Positions 18,256 through 26,489 of a stretch of DNA of 59,794 nt are shown here, in pieces. The stretch comes from Gemmatimonadota bacterium (GTDB taxonomy: Bacteria > Gemmatimonadota > Gemmatimonadetes > Gemmatimonadales > GWC2-71-9). The stretch covers positions 1-59,794 of the forward strand of contig JBGPPG010000006.1 in NCBI GenBank assembly GCA_041488455.1, given 5' to 3'. Position 1 is the stretch's first letter; the number at the start of each line of letters is the position of its first letter. The notes below the pieces were generated by a model. It was not told the origin of the DNA, searched no databases, and was given only the letters and a program-made list of their open reading frames with translations. The position numbers and the translations under genes were made by a program.

Positions 18256-18444
18256 CACTAGTCAGGAAGTCTGCAGTGTCAACAATTGGGAATATGGAAG
18301 TTGCGAGCCAGCACACCGATAGGAACAGTCAGGTTTTTGGTCACCTGATCGTGGGCGGCTGCTGCGGACGCCTGCACGCCGAGGCGCGGGAGCCCGCGCA
18401 GCAGCGGCCCGGCAACAGATCCACCGTTTCCTGGTTTCCCCGTG

Positions 18445-20034
18445 CTAGCGAACCCGCCACCTCGGCAGCGCGCTGAGCCAGGAATACGGGTCGATCTCCA
18501 CTCCGCTCAGGCGACCGCTCACGGCCGCTGCGTTGGTGGGTGTATAGAGGAAGACCGCCGGTGCATCCGCGTTCAACGTGTCCATCGCGTCGCGATAGAC
18601 GGCGCGGGCGGCCGCCGCATCGGGGAGCCGGCCGGCGCGAGCGAACAGCGTGTCGAACGCCGGGTTCGAATAGTGGCCGTAGTTGAGCGCATCCCACCCG
18701 GCCCGCGTCCACTGATCGGTGAGGCCCCGCGGACTCGGGTCATCCAGCCACGCGCCGATGTAGGCGTCGAAGCGCCGCCGCTGCAATCGCTCCTGGAACA
18801 CGGGGAAGTCCACCGCGGTGACGGTGATCTTGGCGCCCACGCCGCCGAGCATGGCCTGGAGCTCGAGCGCCAGCTGACGGCGCACGCTGCTCGTGGACGG
18901 CACCAGAATATCGAAGGCCAGCGCGCGCGCGCCCTTTCGCCGGAATCCGTCCGTCCCGCGACGCCAGCCGGCCGCCTCGAGCGCGCGGGCTGACTCGCCC
19001 GTGTCGAACGGGATGGTGCGGATGTCGTCGCCCCAGATCCATAGCAGCCTGGACATGGGGCCGGGCGGCGCGACCGCGCCCGAGTCGAACGCCGACCGCG
19101 CCAGCGTCCGCCGATCCACCGCCATGGCGAGCGCTCGGCGCGTGCGGCGATCTCCGAGGACGGGGTGGGGCCGATCGGTCACGTCGTTCAGGTTGAACCC
19201 GAGAAAACCGTAGGCGGAGGAGGGGTACCGCACCAGCCGGAGCGCTGTATCGGCCGCCACGCGCTTCACCCCCTGGGGTGCGGCAGCCAACTCCATGAGA
19301 TCTGCTTCGTGCGCGAGCACCAGGTTCAGCGCGGCCTCGGGATCCTCGGTGAAGCGCCAGACGATCGTGCGGATGCTCGACCCGCCACGGGCCTCGAGCG
19401 TCAGATACTGTCCCCGCTTCCATTCGCGCACCCGGAAGGGGCCCGATCCGACCAGTCGTCCGGTCGTCGTGTCCGCGACCCACGCCGCCCGCGGCACCGC
19501 CTGCCAGATGTGGCGCGGCAGCACCCGCACCAGATAGGTCGCGTCGTACAATTGCTCCGGGTACGGGGCACGAAAGCGAACGAGAAACGTGCGCGGGTCC
19601 TCGACCGTCACCTGCACCCGGCCGACCAGCGCCGGGCGCGCCACGGCATCGAGGATCGAGTCGGAGAACGCCTCGAAGGAGAAGCGAACGTCTTCAGCCG
19701 TGACCGGCTCGCCATCCGTCCATAGCGCCCCGGGCGCGAGATGGAACCGGAGGGTGAGTGAGTCGAGCCGCTCCCATCGCTCCGCCAGGCGCGGTCGATA
19801 CGCGGCCGCGTCAATGGGCGGTTTGCCGGGCTCGAGGTCGGCCAGCCGCTCATAGACGAGGTCGCCGATGTCCCGCGCGACCGTCTCCACTGCGAGCGGC
19901 GGCAGGATGCTCGCCGGCTCCCCGACCGCTGCCACCACGACCGGACGCGTTGCGTCGGCGGAGCGCTGCGCCGGCCGGCAGGCACCTATCCCGATCGCGA
20001 GCCCGACTGCACAGAGTGCTTCGAGGTTACGCAC
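18445..20034 (-). CDS. peptide ABC transporter substrate-binding lipoprotein (family 5), orphan
   Basis: AGGAGG RBS, GTG start, lipobox IGAC, and P.LAERW, W.DGEPVTAEDVRFSF, GSGPF, RRALAMAVDR and Y.NP.FD motifs. Confidence 0.9.
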   Translation of the reverse strand: MRNLEALCAVGLAIGIGACRPAQRSADATRPVVVAAVGEPASILPPLAVETVARDIGDLVYERLADLEPGKPPIDAAAYRPRLAERWERLDSLTLRFHLAPGALWTDGEPVTAEDVRFSFEAFSDSILDAVARPALVGRVQVTVEDPRTFLVRFRAPYPEQLYDATYLVRVLPRHIWQAVPRAAWVADTTTGRLVGSGPFRVREWKRGQYLTLEARGGSSIRTIVWRFTEDPEAALNLVLAHEADLMELAAAPQGVKRVAADTALRLVRYPSSAYGFLGFNLNDVTDRPHPVLGDRRTRRALAMAVDRRTLARSAFDSGAVAPPGPMSRLLWIWGDDIRTIPFDTGESARALEAAGWRRGTDGFRRKGARALAFDILVPSTSSVRRQLALELQAMLGGVGAKITVTAVDFPVFQERLQRRRFDAYIGAWLDDPSPRGLTDQWTRAGWDALNYGHYSNPAFDTLFARAGRLPDAAAARAVYRDAMDTLNADAPAVFLYTPTNAAAVSGRLSGVEIDPYSWLSALPRWRVR

Positions 20035-20089
20035 GGAGGCTCCTCCTGGGCTCGGCGCCAGACTGCTGGCGGTGGAACATTTCATTACA

Positions 20090-20112
20090 TATTGTATTGT
20101 GATAATACAATA
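20090..20112. promoter_or_regulatory. perfect inverted repeat, candidate enhancer (UAS) for a sigma54 activator
   Basis: TATTGTATT-gtgat-AATACAATA, centred about 85 bp upstream of the -24 element. Confidence 0.7.
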
Positions 20113-20183
20113 CGACCAACCCGCGAACGAGTTGCGACAGTGTAATGCCCTGCAAAATAATCAGTTAAGGGGAAGCGCCAGAG

Positions 20184-20199
20184 CGGTACTCCGCTTGCT
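20184..20199 (+). promoter_or_regulatory. sigma54 (-24/-12) promoter of the rightward operon
   Basis: CGGTACTCCGCTTGCT, which is GG-N10-GC with TTGC. Confidence 0.7.
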
Positions 20200-20240
20200 T
20201 GACCAGGGGTGTCGATGCGGACCCCAACTGCGGAGTTACC

Positions 20241-21116
20241 ATGCCTGCCAACAAATGCCTCACGCTGGCCCTGACCGGGCTCGCCGCCGTCGCCGCCTGC
20301 AGCGGCACAGACGCCGGCACGGCCCCTGGTGCCCAAGCGCAACTGAGTTTGAACGTCGCCAGCCGGTCGCGCGCCGGCGCCGGCATGAGTGCGAGAGCGG
20401 TATCACTCGACGTCACATCGCCCACGCCAGGGACGTTCACCGACGGCACCAACACACTCGTGCTCACCAGCGTTCAGGTCGTCCTGCGGAAGATCGAGCT
20501 GGAGCGCGCCGGCCACGACGGCGCCTGCACCGGTACGAGCAGCAGCGTGAGCGCCAGCGCGACCACCAGCACGGGCAGCGCCGACGACCACGGGCACCAC
20601 GCCGGCGATGACCACGGGAACGACGCCAACGACGACGACTGCGAGAACGTGGAGCTCGGCCCGGTGATCTTCGACGTTCCCGTCACCACCTCCGGCGCCC
20701 AGCATAGTGTGTCGGTCAACGTCGACGCGGGCACGTTCCAGAAAGTCGAGTTCGAGATTCATAAGCCCGAGGACGACTCCAGCGACGACGCGGCTTTCCT
20801 CGCGGCCAACCCCGCGTTTGCCAAGATCAGCATCCGGGCCCAGGGCACCTGGAACGGAACGCCGTTCACCTTCACAAGCGATCTCAATGCGGAACAGGAG
20901 ATTGAGCTGTCGCCTCCGCTGGTCGTCGCCCAGAGCGGCGCGACCGACCTGACGATCTTCTTCGACGTCTCCGGCTGGTTCACCACCTCCGGCGGGATGC
21001 TCATCGACCCGGCCTCCGCGGTCAAGGGCCAGCCCAACGAGGGTCTCGTGCAGGACAACATCAAGCGATCCCTGCGGGCCTTTCGGGATAACGACGAGGA
21101 CGGTGCCGAAGACTGA
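20241..21116 (+). CDS. hypothetical beta-rich lipoprotein with Ser/His/Asp-rich insert
   Basis: GGAG RBS, lipobox VAAC, and the segment C...DDHGHHAGDDHGNDANDDDC. Confidence 0.82.
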   Translation: MPANKCLTLALTGLAAVAACSGTDAGTAPGAQAQLSLNVASRSRAGAGMSARAVSLDVTSPTPGTFTDGTNTLVLTSVQVVLRKIELERAGHDGACTGTSSSVSASATTSTGSADDHGHHAGDDHGNDANDDDCENVELGPVIFDVPVTTSGAQHSVSVNVDAGTFQKVEFEIHKPEDDSSDDAAFLAANPAFAKISIRAQGTWNGTPFTFTSDLNAEQEIELSPPLVVAQSGATDLTIFFDVSGWFTTSGGMLIDPASAVKGQPNEGLVQDNIKRSLRAFRDNDEDGAED

Positions 21117-22449
21117 GCCGGTCTGGATAGCCCTCGTCCGCCTGTCGGACAGCTTTCGCTCCGCCGTGACTCAGGTCGCGGCGGAGCTTGGCGCCGACGT
21201 GCTCGAGTGGGCCCCCACCGCCGCGGAGACGCCCCCGCCTGGCGCGGCGGTCATCCTGCTTCTCGCGGGAGGCGAGGAGGGCGCCGCGCTGGACCTGCTC
21301 AGCGATCTCCGCGAGAGCGGCGCGCCGCTCTTCGTCGTGGGGGCGGCGGCCGATCACCGGCTCGCCGCGACAGCGCTCCAGCGAGGGGCCGGGGACTACT
21401 TCGCCCTCCCGGAGGACCTCGACCTGCTCCGCCGGTCGCTCGAGCGGGAGCTGCGGGAGGCGCGGGGGCGCCGGGAGGCGGCGCGCTTCGCCGAGCACGA
21501 GCGGCGCGCTACCGGGTTCGAGACGATCCTCGGGCGGAGCACCGCGCTGCAACGGACGCTGGGACTCGCAGCCCGGGTCGCGCCGCACGCCGACGTCACC
21601 GTGCTGATCGGTGGCGAGACCGGGACCGGCAAGGAGCTGCTCGCCCGGGCCATTCACTATGCGAGCCCCAGGGCGGCCGCTCCGTTCGTGGATATCAACT
21701 GTGCCGCCATTCCGGCCGGCCTGCTCGAGAGCGAGCTGTTCGGCCACGAGCGCGGCGCCTTCACCGGTGCCACCGCGACGAAGCCGGGCCTCTTCGAGCT
21801 GGCCCATGGTGGCACGCTGCTGCTGGACGAGGTCGGCAACCTCCCCCTCGAGCTCCAGCCCAAGCTGCTCCGGGCCCTCGAGGGCCGGCAGATCCGGCGC
21901 GTGGGCGGCCAGGCCACGCGTCAGGTGGACGTCCGCGTGATCGCCGCCACCCATGTGGATCTGGCCGCGGCGGTTCGGCGGGGGGAGTTCCGGGAGGATC
22001 TGTTCTACCGGCTGCACGTGGTGGCCCTGGTGCTGCCGCCGCTTCGGGAGCGCGAAGGAGACGCGGAGCTTCTGGCCGAGACGTTCCTGGCGCGCCTGGC
22101 CACGAGCTACGGGCTGCCGGTGCCGCCGCTCACACCCGAGGTGCGGGCGGTCCTCCGAGGGCATGCATGGCCGGGCAACGTGCGCGAGCTCCGGAACGCG
22201 ATCGAGCGGGCGCTGGTGTTGTCCCCGCCCGGCTCGCTCCGGCTCGAGGAGCTGCAGCCGCCGGCCGAGCGTGCGACCGCCGGTGACGGGCTGCCGTTTC
22301 CGGTCGATCTGGCGACCCTCACGCGGGCAGCCGCCGCCCGCATGCTCCGACTCACGGCCGGCAACAAGAGCGAGGCTGCGCGCCGTCTCGGCATCTCGCG
22401 ACCCCGGCTCCAGCGACTGCTGGACGGGTTGCACGACGACGATTCTTGA
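21103..22449 (+). CDS. sigma54-dependent enhancer-binding activator with degenerate receiver domain
   Basis: GETGTGKE, ESELFGHERGAFTGA, LLDE, FREDLFYRL, WPGNVREL and a Fis-type HTH (GNKSEAARRLGISR). Confidence 0.95.
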   Translation: MPKTEPVWIALVRLSDSFRSAVTQVAAELGADVLEWAPTAAETPPPGAAVILLLAGGEEGAALDLLSDLRESGAPLFVVGAAADHRLAATALQRGAGDYFALPEDLDLLRRSLERELREARGRREAARFAEHERRATGFETILGRSTALQRTLGLAARVAPHADVTVLIGGETGTGKELLARAIHYASPRAAAPFVDINCAAIPAGLLESELFGHERGAFTGATATKPGLFELAHGGTLLLDEVGNLPLELQPKLLRALEGRQIRRVGGQATRQVDVRVIAATHVDLAAAVRRGEFREDLFYRLHVVALVLPPLREREGDAELLAETFLARLATSYGLPVPPLTPEVRAVLRGHAWPGNVRELRNAIERALVLSPPGSLRLEELQPPAERATAGDGLPFPVDLATLTRAAAARMLRLTAGNKSEAARRLGISRPRLQRLLDGLHDDDS

Positions 22450-22470
22450 CCCGAGCACGGGAGACAGACA

Positions 22471-23055
22471 ATGCGTAGTACGAGTGGACTGATCCGGACA
22501 GGGCTGCCGCTGCTGCTGGCTACGCTGGCTTGCTCCGATTCCACGGGGCCGGTGCAGTCTCGGCCGCCGGCACAGCTCAACATCCTGCGACTGGCGCCCA
22601 CCGCACCGCCGCTCCTCGCGACCAGCACCACGTTCAACGCGTGCAACGGAAGCGGTGCGGAAGGGCGCCTCTTCTTCAACGACGGCAAGGGCGGCGAAGG
22701 CAAGGAGTTCGCCCGGCTCAAGATCGACAACAACACCTTGCTCGCGAAGCCCGACGGTACCCCCTTCGGGCCGGACGAGTGCATCCAGATCACCATGGCC
22801 CTGGACGACCCGACCCAGGTGCTCGTCCGGCTCGAGCCGACGGGCCTGCGATTCAATCCGGTGGCTCCGGCCGAATTCCGGATCGAGTACGGAGAGGCCG
22901 AGGGAGTGGACTCGGAGATCGAGTCCCAGATCGCGATCTGGCGCCAGGAAACCGCCGGCGCACCGTTCGTGCAGATCGGGTCGGCCGTCCTCAAGGACCA
23001 GAAAGAGGTCGAAGGCAACCTCTTCGGGTTCAGCCGCTACGCGCTCGCGTATTGA
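22471..23055 (+). CDS. lipoprotein, divergent ZU5-like paralogue ending GFSRYALAY
   Basis: Lipobox TLAC. VRLEPTGLRFNPVAPAEFRIEYG aligns by eye with VRFSPEGLKFAKPATLTMSYG of 17513-18085. Confidence 0.82.
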   Translation: MRSTSGLIRTGLPLLLATLACSDSTGPVQSRPPAQLNILRLAPTAPPLLATSTTFNACNGSGAEGRLFFNDGKGGEGKEFARLKIDNNTLLAKPDGTPFGPDECIQITMALDDPTQVLVRLEPTGLRFNPVAPAEFRIEYGEAEGVDSEIESQIAIWRQETAGAPFVQIGSAVLKDQKEVEGNLFGFSRYALAY

Positions 23056-23070
23056 GGGAGTGACGCTCCA

Positions 23071-24066
23071 GTGACGCCTACGCCTCCCGCCGGCGACGCA
23101 GCCGAGGCGCTCCGCGATCTTGTAGCCGCGGGTCGTTTCGCGGATGCGCTCCGGACGTTCGGGGAGCTTGATGGGCCGTCCGTTCGTCGGCGGCCTGCAC
23201 TGCTGCTCCTGGCTGCTACGGCCGCGACGCGGGTCGGCGATCTCGACGCGGCTCGCTCACTCGCCGAGGCCGCCCTCGCCGGCTTCCGGAGCCGGGGCGA
23301 CCGCGACGGCCGGATGCGGTCGCTCAATCTGCTAGGCGTGATCGGCTTCGAGCAGGGCCGCCTCGACGACGCCGAGGAGGCTTTCCGCGGGGCGCTGTCG
23401 CTCGCCCGGGAGCTGGGAGACTCGCTGCTCGTGGCGCGCGCGAGCAACAACCTCGCATCCCTGAGCCACATTCGCGGACGGGCGAACGAGGCGCTCAGTC
23501 TCTTCCGGGGCGCCTTGCTCTCCTACCAGCGGCTGGGCGACCGGCGCGGCGCGGCGGAGACGTACCACAACCTGGGGCTCGCGTTCCGTGGCATGACCCA
23601 GCTGGCCGAGGCCGAGGACGCGTCGTCCGAGGCGGTCCGGCACGCCGAGCTCGTTGGCGAGAGTGCGCTGCTGGCGCTAACGGTGACGGGCCGGGCTGAG
23701 CTCCACGTGGACGCCGGCGAGATCGGCTTGGCGGAGCGGGAGGTGGCACACGCAGTCCGGTTGGCGCAGTCCGCTGACGACGCGCTCGGCGTTGCCGAGG
23801 CGCGGCGCATCGGAGCCCGCGCCGCGCTCAAGCGGGGTGACTTCGAGGGAGCGGTCCGCGAGGCGGAGGCCGCCGGCACGATCGCCGCCGAGCACGGCGC
23901 TGCGGTGCTCCGGGCCGACAGCGCCGCTGTGCTCGCGCTCGCGCTCCGGGCCGGCGGGAGCCCGGCTGCCGACGAGCATCGCCGTCAGGTGCTTGCGGGC
24001 TATCGCGCCCTTGGGGCCGAGCCGCTGATCGAGCGCTTCGAGCGCGAATGGAAGGAGCTCGGCTGA
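23071..24066 (+). CDS. tetratricopeptide repeat protein without output domain
   Basis: RSLNLLGVI, RASNNLASL and AETYHNLGLA repeats. Confidence 0.88.
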   Translation: MTPTPPAGDAAEALRDLVAAGRFADALRTFGELDGPSVRRRPALLLLAATAATRVGDLDAARSLAEAALAGFRSRGDRDGRMRSLNLLGVIGFEQGRLDDAEEAFRGALSLARELGDSLLVARASNNLASLSHIRGRANEALSLFRGALLSYQRLGDRRGAAETYHNLGLAFRGMTQLAEAEDASSEAVRHAELVGESALLALTVTGRAELHVDAGEIGLAEREVAHAVRLAQSADDALGVAEARRIGARAALKRGDFEGAVREAEAAGTIAAEHGAAVLRADSAAVLALALRAGGSPAADEHRRQVLAGYRALGAEPLIERFEREWKELG

Positions 24067-24428
24067 CTCCGCCACACCCACCAGTAGACGGCCAGGTTCA
24101 CACCCACCACCGCCATCGCGAGAACAATCTGGATCTGCCGGGTCAGGCCGTGGGGGTAGAGGACAGGCAGGATGTACTGGCCGACGAAGTCCCCGGCGTA
24201 GACCGGCTCGCCGGCCCGCAGGCGGAGTGCCTGCTCCAAGGGGGTGAGCGGACAGATGCGACCGCTCAACTCGATCCAGGCGCCCCACGCGGCGGCGGGC
24301 AGATGCACCCACCGGACCGCCGGCCAGCGAAGCGCCAGGAGGCCGCCCAGCACCACGAACAGCACGAACCCGAAGTGGATGAGAACCAGGCCGTCGGCGA
24401 GGAGCCGGAAGGTCACGTGCACCGGCAC
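24000..24428 (-). CDS. DUF2784 family membrane protein
   Basis: LAD..V.IH..FVLFVV.GG, HLPA..WG..IE, CPLT.LE and Y..PVLYP.GLTR. Confidence 0.88.
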   Translation of the reverse strand: MPVHVTFRLLADGLVLIHFGFVLFVVLGGLLALRWPAVRWVHLPAAAWGAWIELSGRICPLTPLEQALRLRAGEPVYAGDFVGQYILPVLYPHGLTRQIQIVLAMAVVGVNLAVYWWVWRSQPSSFHSRSKRSISGSAPRAR

Positions 24429-24437
24429 GCGACGGCG

Positions 24438-26489
24438 TCAGCTCGCCGCCGCGTGCTCCCGGTCCTTCTCGTTTTCCGACGCCACCTTGGCCGCGACGTC
24501 GGGCGGCGCCTCGGCGTAGCCCCGGAACCGCTGGTGGTGGGTGCCGCGGCCGTGGGTGATCGAGTGGAGGGTGGTGGAGTACTTGTACATCTCCGCCTCG
24601 GGGACGATGGCGCGGACCTTCGTGAGCCGCCCGTCCTGCTCGGTCCCGAGGATCTGGCCCCGGCGCGCGGAGAGATCGCCCATCACGTCGCCCAGCACGT
24701 CCTCCGGCGCCCAGACCTCGACGTCCAGCAGCGGCTCCAGCAGGATCGGCCGACACTTCGGAGCCACGTTCCGGAACGCGAGAATGCCGGCCATCTTGAA
24801 CGACATTTCGTTGGAGTCCACGTCGTGGTATGAGCCATCGTAGCACTCGGCTTTGAAATCCACGCAGGGATAGCCCGCGACGATTCCTCGCGCCGCCGCT
24901 TCCTGGATCCCTCGATCCACCGCCGGGATGTACTTGTTCGGGATCACCCCGCCAACGATGGCGTCCTCGAATTCGTAGCCGCTGCCCCGGGGCAGCGGAG
25001 CCAGCCGGATCCAGCAGTCGCCGTACTGGCCGCGCCCGCCGGTCTGCTTCTTGTGTTTCCCCTGTCCCTCCGCCTTGCCCTTGATCGTCTCGCGGTAGGC
25101 GACCCTCGGCCGGATCAGCTCCGCGTGGACTCCGAACTTTCGGAGCAGTCGCCCGAGGATGGTCTCGAAGTGACGCTCGCCCATGCCGTGGATGAGCGTC
25201 TGGCCCAGCTCAGAGCTGTATTCGAAGTGGAAGGTGGGGTCTTCCTCGTGGAGCTTGTGGAGTCCGGCCGCGAGCTTGTCCTCCTCGCCCCGCTGCTTCA
25301 CGATGACCGCCGACGTGGCGACGGACCCGGGGAACGGGATGGCGGGGAGCCGGACGGGGCGGTCCCGCAGGCAGAAGGTGTCGCCCGTGTGGGTGTCCTT
25401 GAGCTTGGCCACCGACCCGATGTCGCCGCCGGAGAGGCGCTCGACTTCGACCCGCTCCTTGCCCTGCTGAATCGAGAGGTGGTGCAGCTTCTCGGCCGTC
25501 TCGTGCTCCGCGTTCCAGACCTCGTCGCCGTTCTTGACCTCGCCCCGATAGAGCCGGAAGAAGGTCACATCGCCGACGTGGGGCTCGGAGACGGTCTTGA
25601 AGACGCGGCCCACCAGCGGCGCGTCGGCCGGTGCCGCGACCTCCACCGGCGATGGGAACAGCTCCACCATCTTCTTGAGCAGTGCGCGCATGCCGTAGGT
25701 GAGGTCGGAGCTGCCGCAGAACAGGGGCACGATGGCGCCCTCCGCCATGCCGCGCTTCATCGCGCGGATCACCTCTTCCCGCGGGATCTCCTCGCCGCCG
25801 AGGTATCGCTCGATGAGCGTGTCATCCGTCGCGGCGACGGTCTCGGTGAGGTGCTCGGTGTATTCGCGGAAGCGGTCCTGGTACTCCGGCGGGACGGGGA
25901 CGATGTCGTACTCCCCGCTCTTGGTTCCCCGCTTGTAGAAGTGGCAATGCCCGGAGAACAGATTGATGATGCCGTGGAACTCGTGGCCGTCGCCGATGGG
26001 GATCTCCACCGGCACTACCTTGGGCGTGAGGTGCGCCTTCACGTCCTGAAAGACGCGCTCGAAGTCCGCGTGCTCCTTGTCCATCGCCGAGACGAACAGG
26101 ATCCGGGGCAGATGGAGGTGGTCGCACGTCTCGTACGCTTTCTCGGTGCCCACCTCGACGCCCGCGGTGCCGCTCAACACCACGACTGCCGCATCGGCGG
26201 CGTGGAGCCCGGTCACGACCTCGCCGAAGTAGTCGAGGTAGCCGGGAGTGTCGATCAGGTTGAGCTTGGTGTCCAGCCACTCGGCGTATGCGAGGGCGAG
26301 GCCGATCGAGTGCTTGCGTTCGATTTCGTCGGGGGAGTAATCGGTGAGGGCCGTGCCGTCCTTGGTCGAGCCGTGTCGCCGGCTGGCGCCGGAGACCCAG
26401 GCCAGCGCATCCACGAGCGACGTCTTGCCGCTCCCGCCATGTCCCACAAAGGCCACATTGCGGATGGCGCTCGAGCCATATGCCTTCAT
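24438..26489 (-). CDS. elongation factor G paralogue (EF-G2-like)
   Basis: GGAGG RBS, GHGGSGKT, DTPGY, EEDPT, GMGERH, HKKQTGGRGQYG and DGSYHDVDS. Confidence 0.92.
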   Translation of the reverse strand: MKAYGSSAIRNVAFVGHGGSGKTSLVDALAWVSGASRRHGSTKDGTALTDYSPDEIERKHSIGLALAYAEWLDTKLNLIDTPGYLDYFGEVVTGLHAADAAVVVLSGTAGVEVGTEKAYETCDHLHLPRILFVSAMDKEHADFERVFQDVKAHLTPKVVPVEIPIGDGHEFHGIINLFSGHCHFYKRGTKSGEYDIVPVPPEYQDRFREYTEHLTETVAATDDTLIERYLGGEEIPREEVIRAMKRGMAEGAIVPLFCGSSDLTYGMRALLKKMVELFPSPVEVAAPADAPLVGRVFKTVSEPHVGDVTFFRLYRGEVKNGDEVWNAEHETAEKLHHLSIQQGKERVEVERLSGGDIGSVAKLKDTHTGDTFCLRDRPVRLPAIPFPGSVATSAVIVKQRGEEDKLAAGLHKLHEEDPTFHFEYSSELGQTLIHGMGERHFETILGRLLRKFGVHAELIRPRVAYRETIKGKAEGQGKHKKQTGGRGQYGDCWIRLAPLPRGSGYEFEDAIVGGVIPNKYIPAVDRGIQEAAARGIVAGYPCVDFKAECYDGSYHDVDSNEMSFKMAGILAFRNVAPKCRPILLEPLLDVEVWAPEDVLGDVMGDLSARRGQILGTEQDGRLTKVRAIVPEAEMYKYSTTLHSITHGRGTHHQRFRGYAEAPPDVAAKVASENEKDREHAAAS

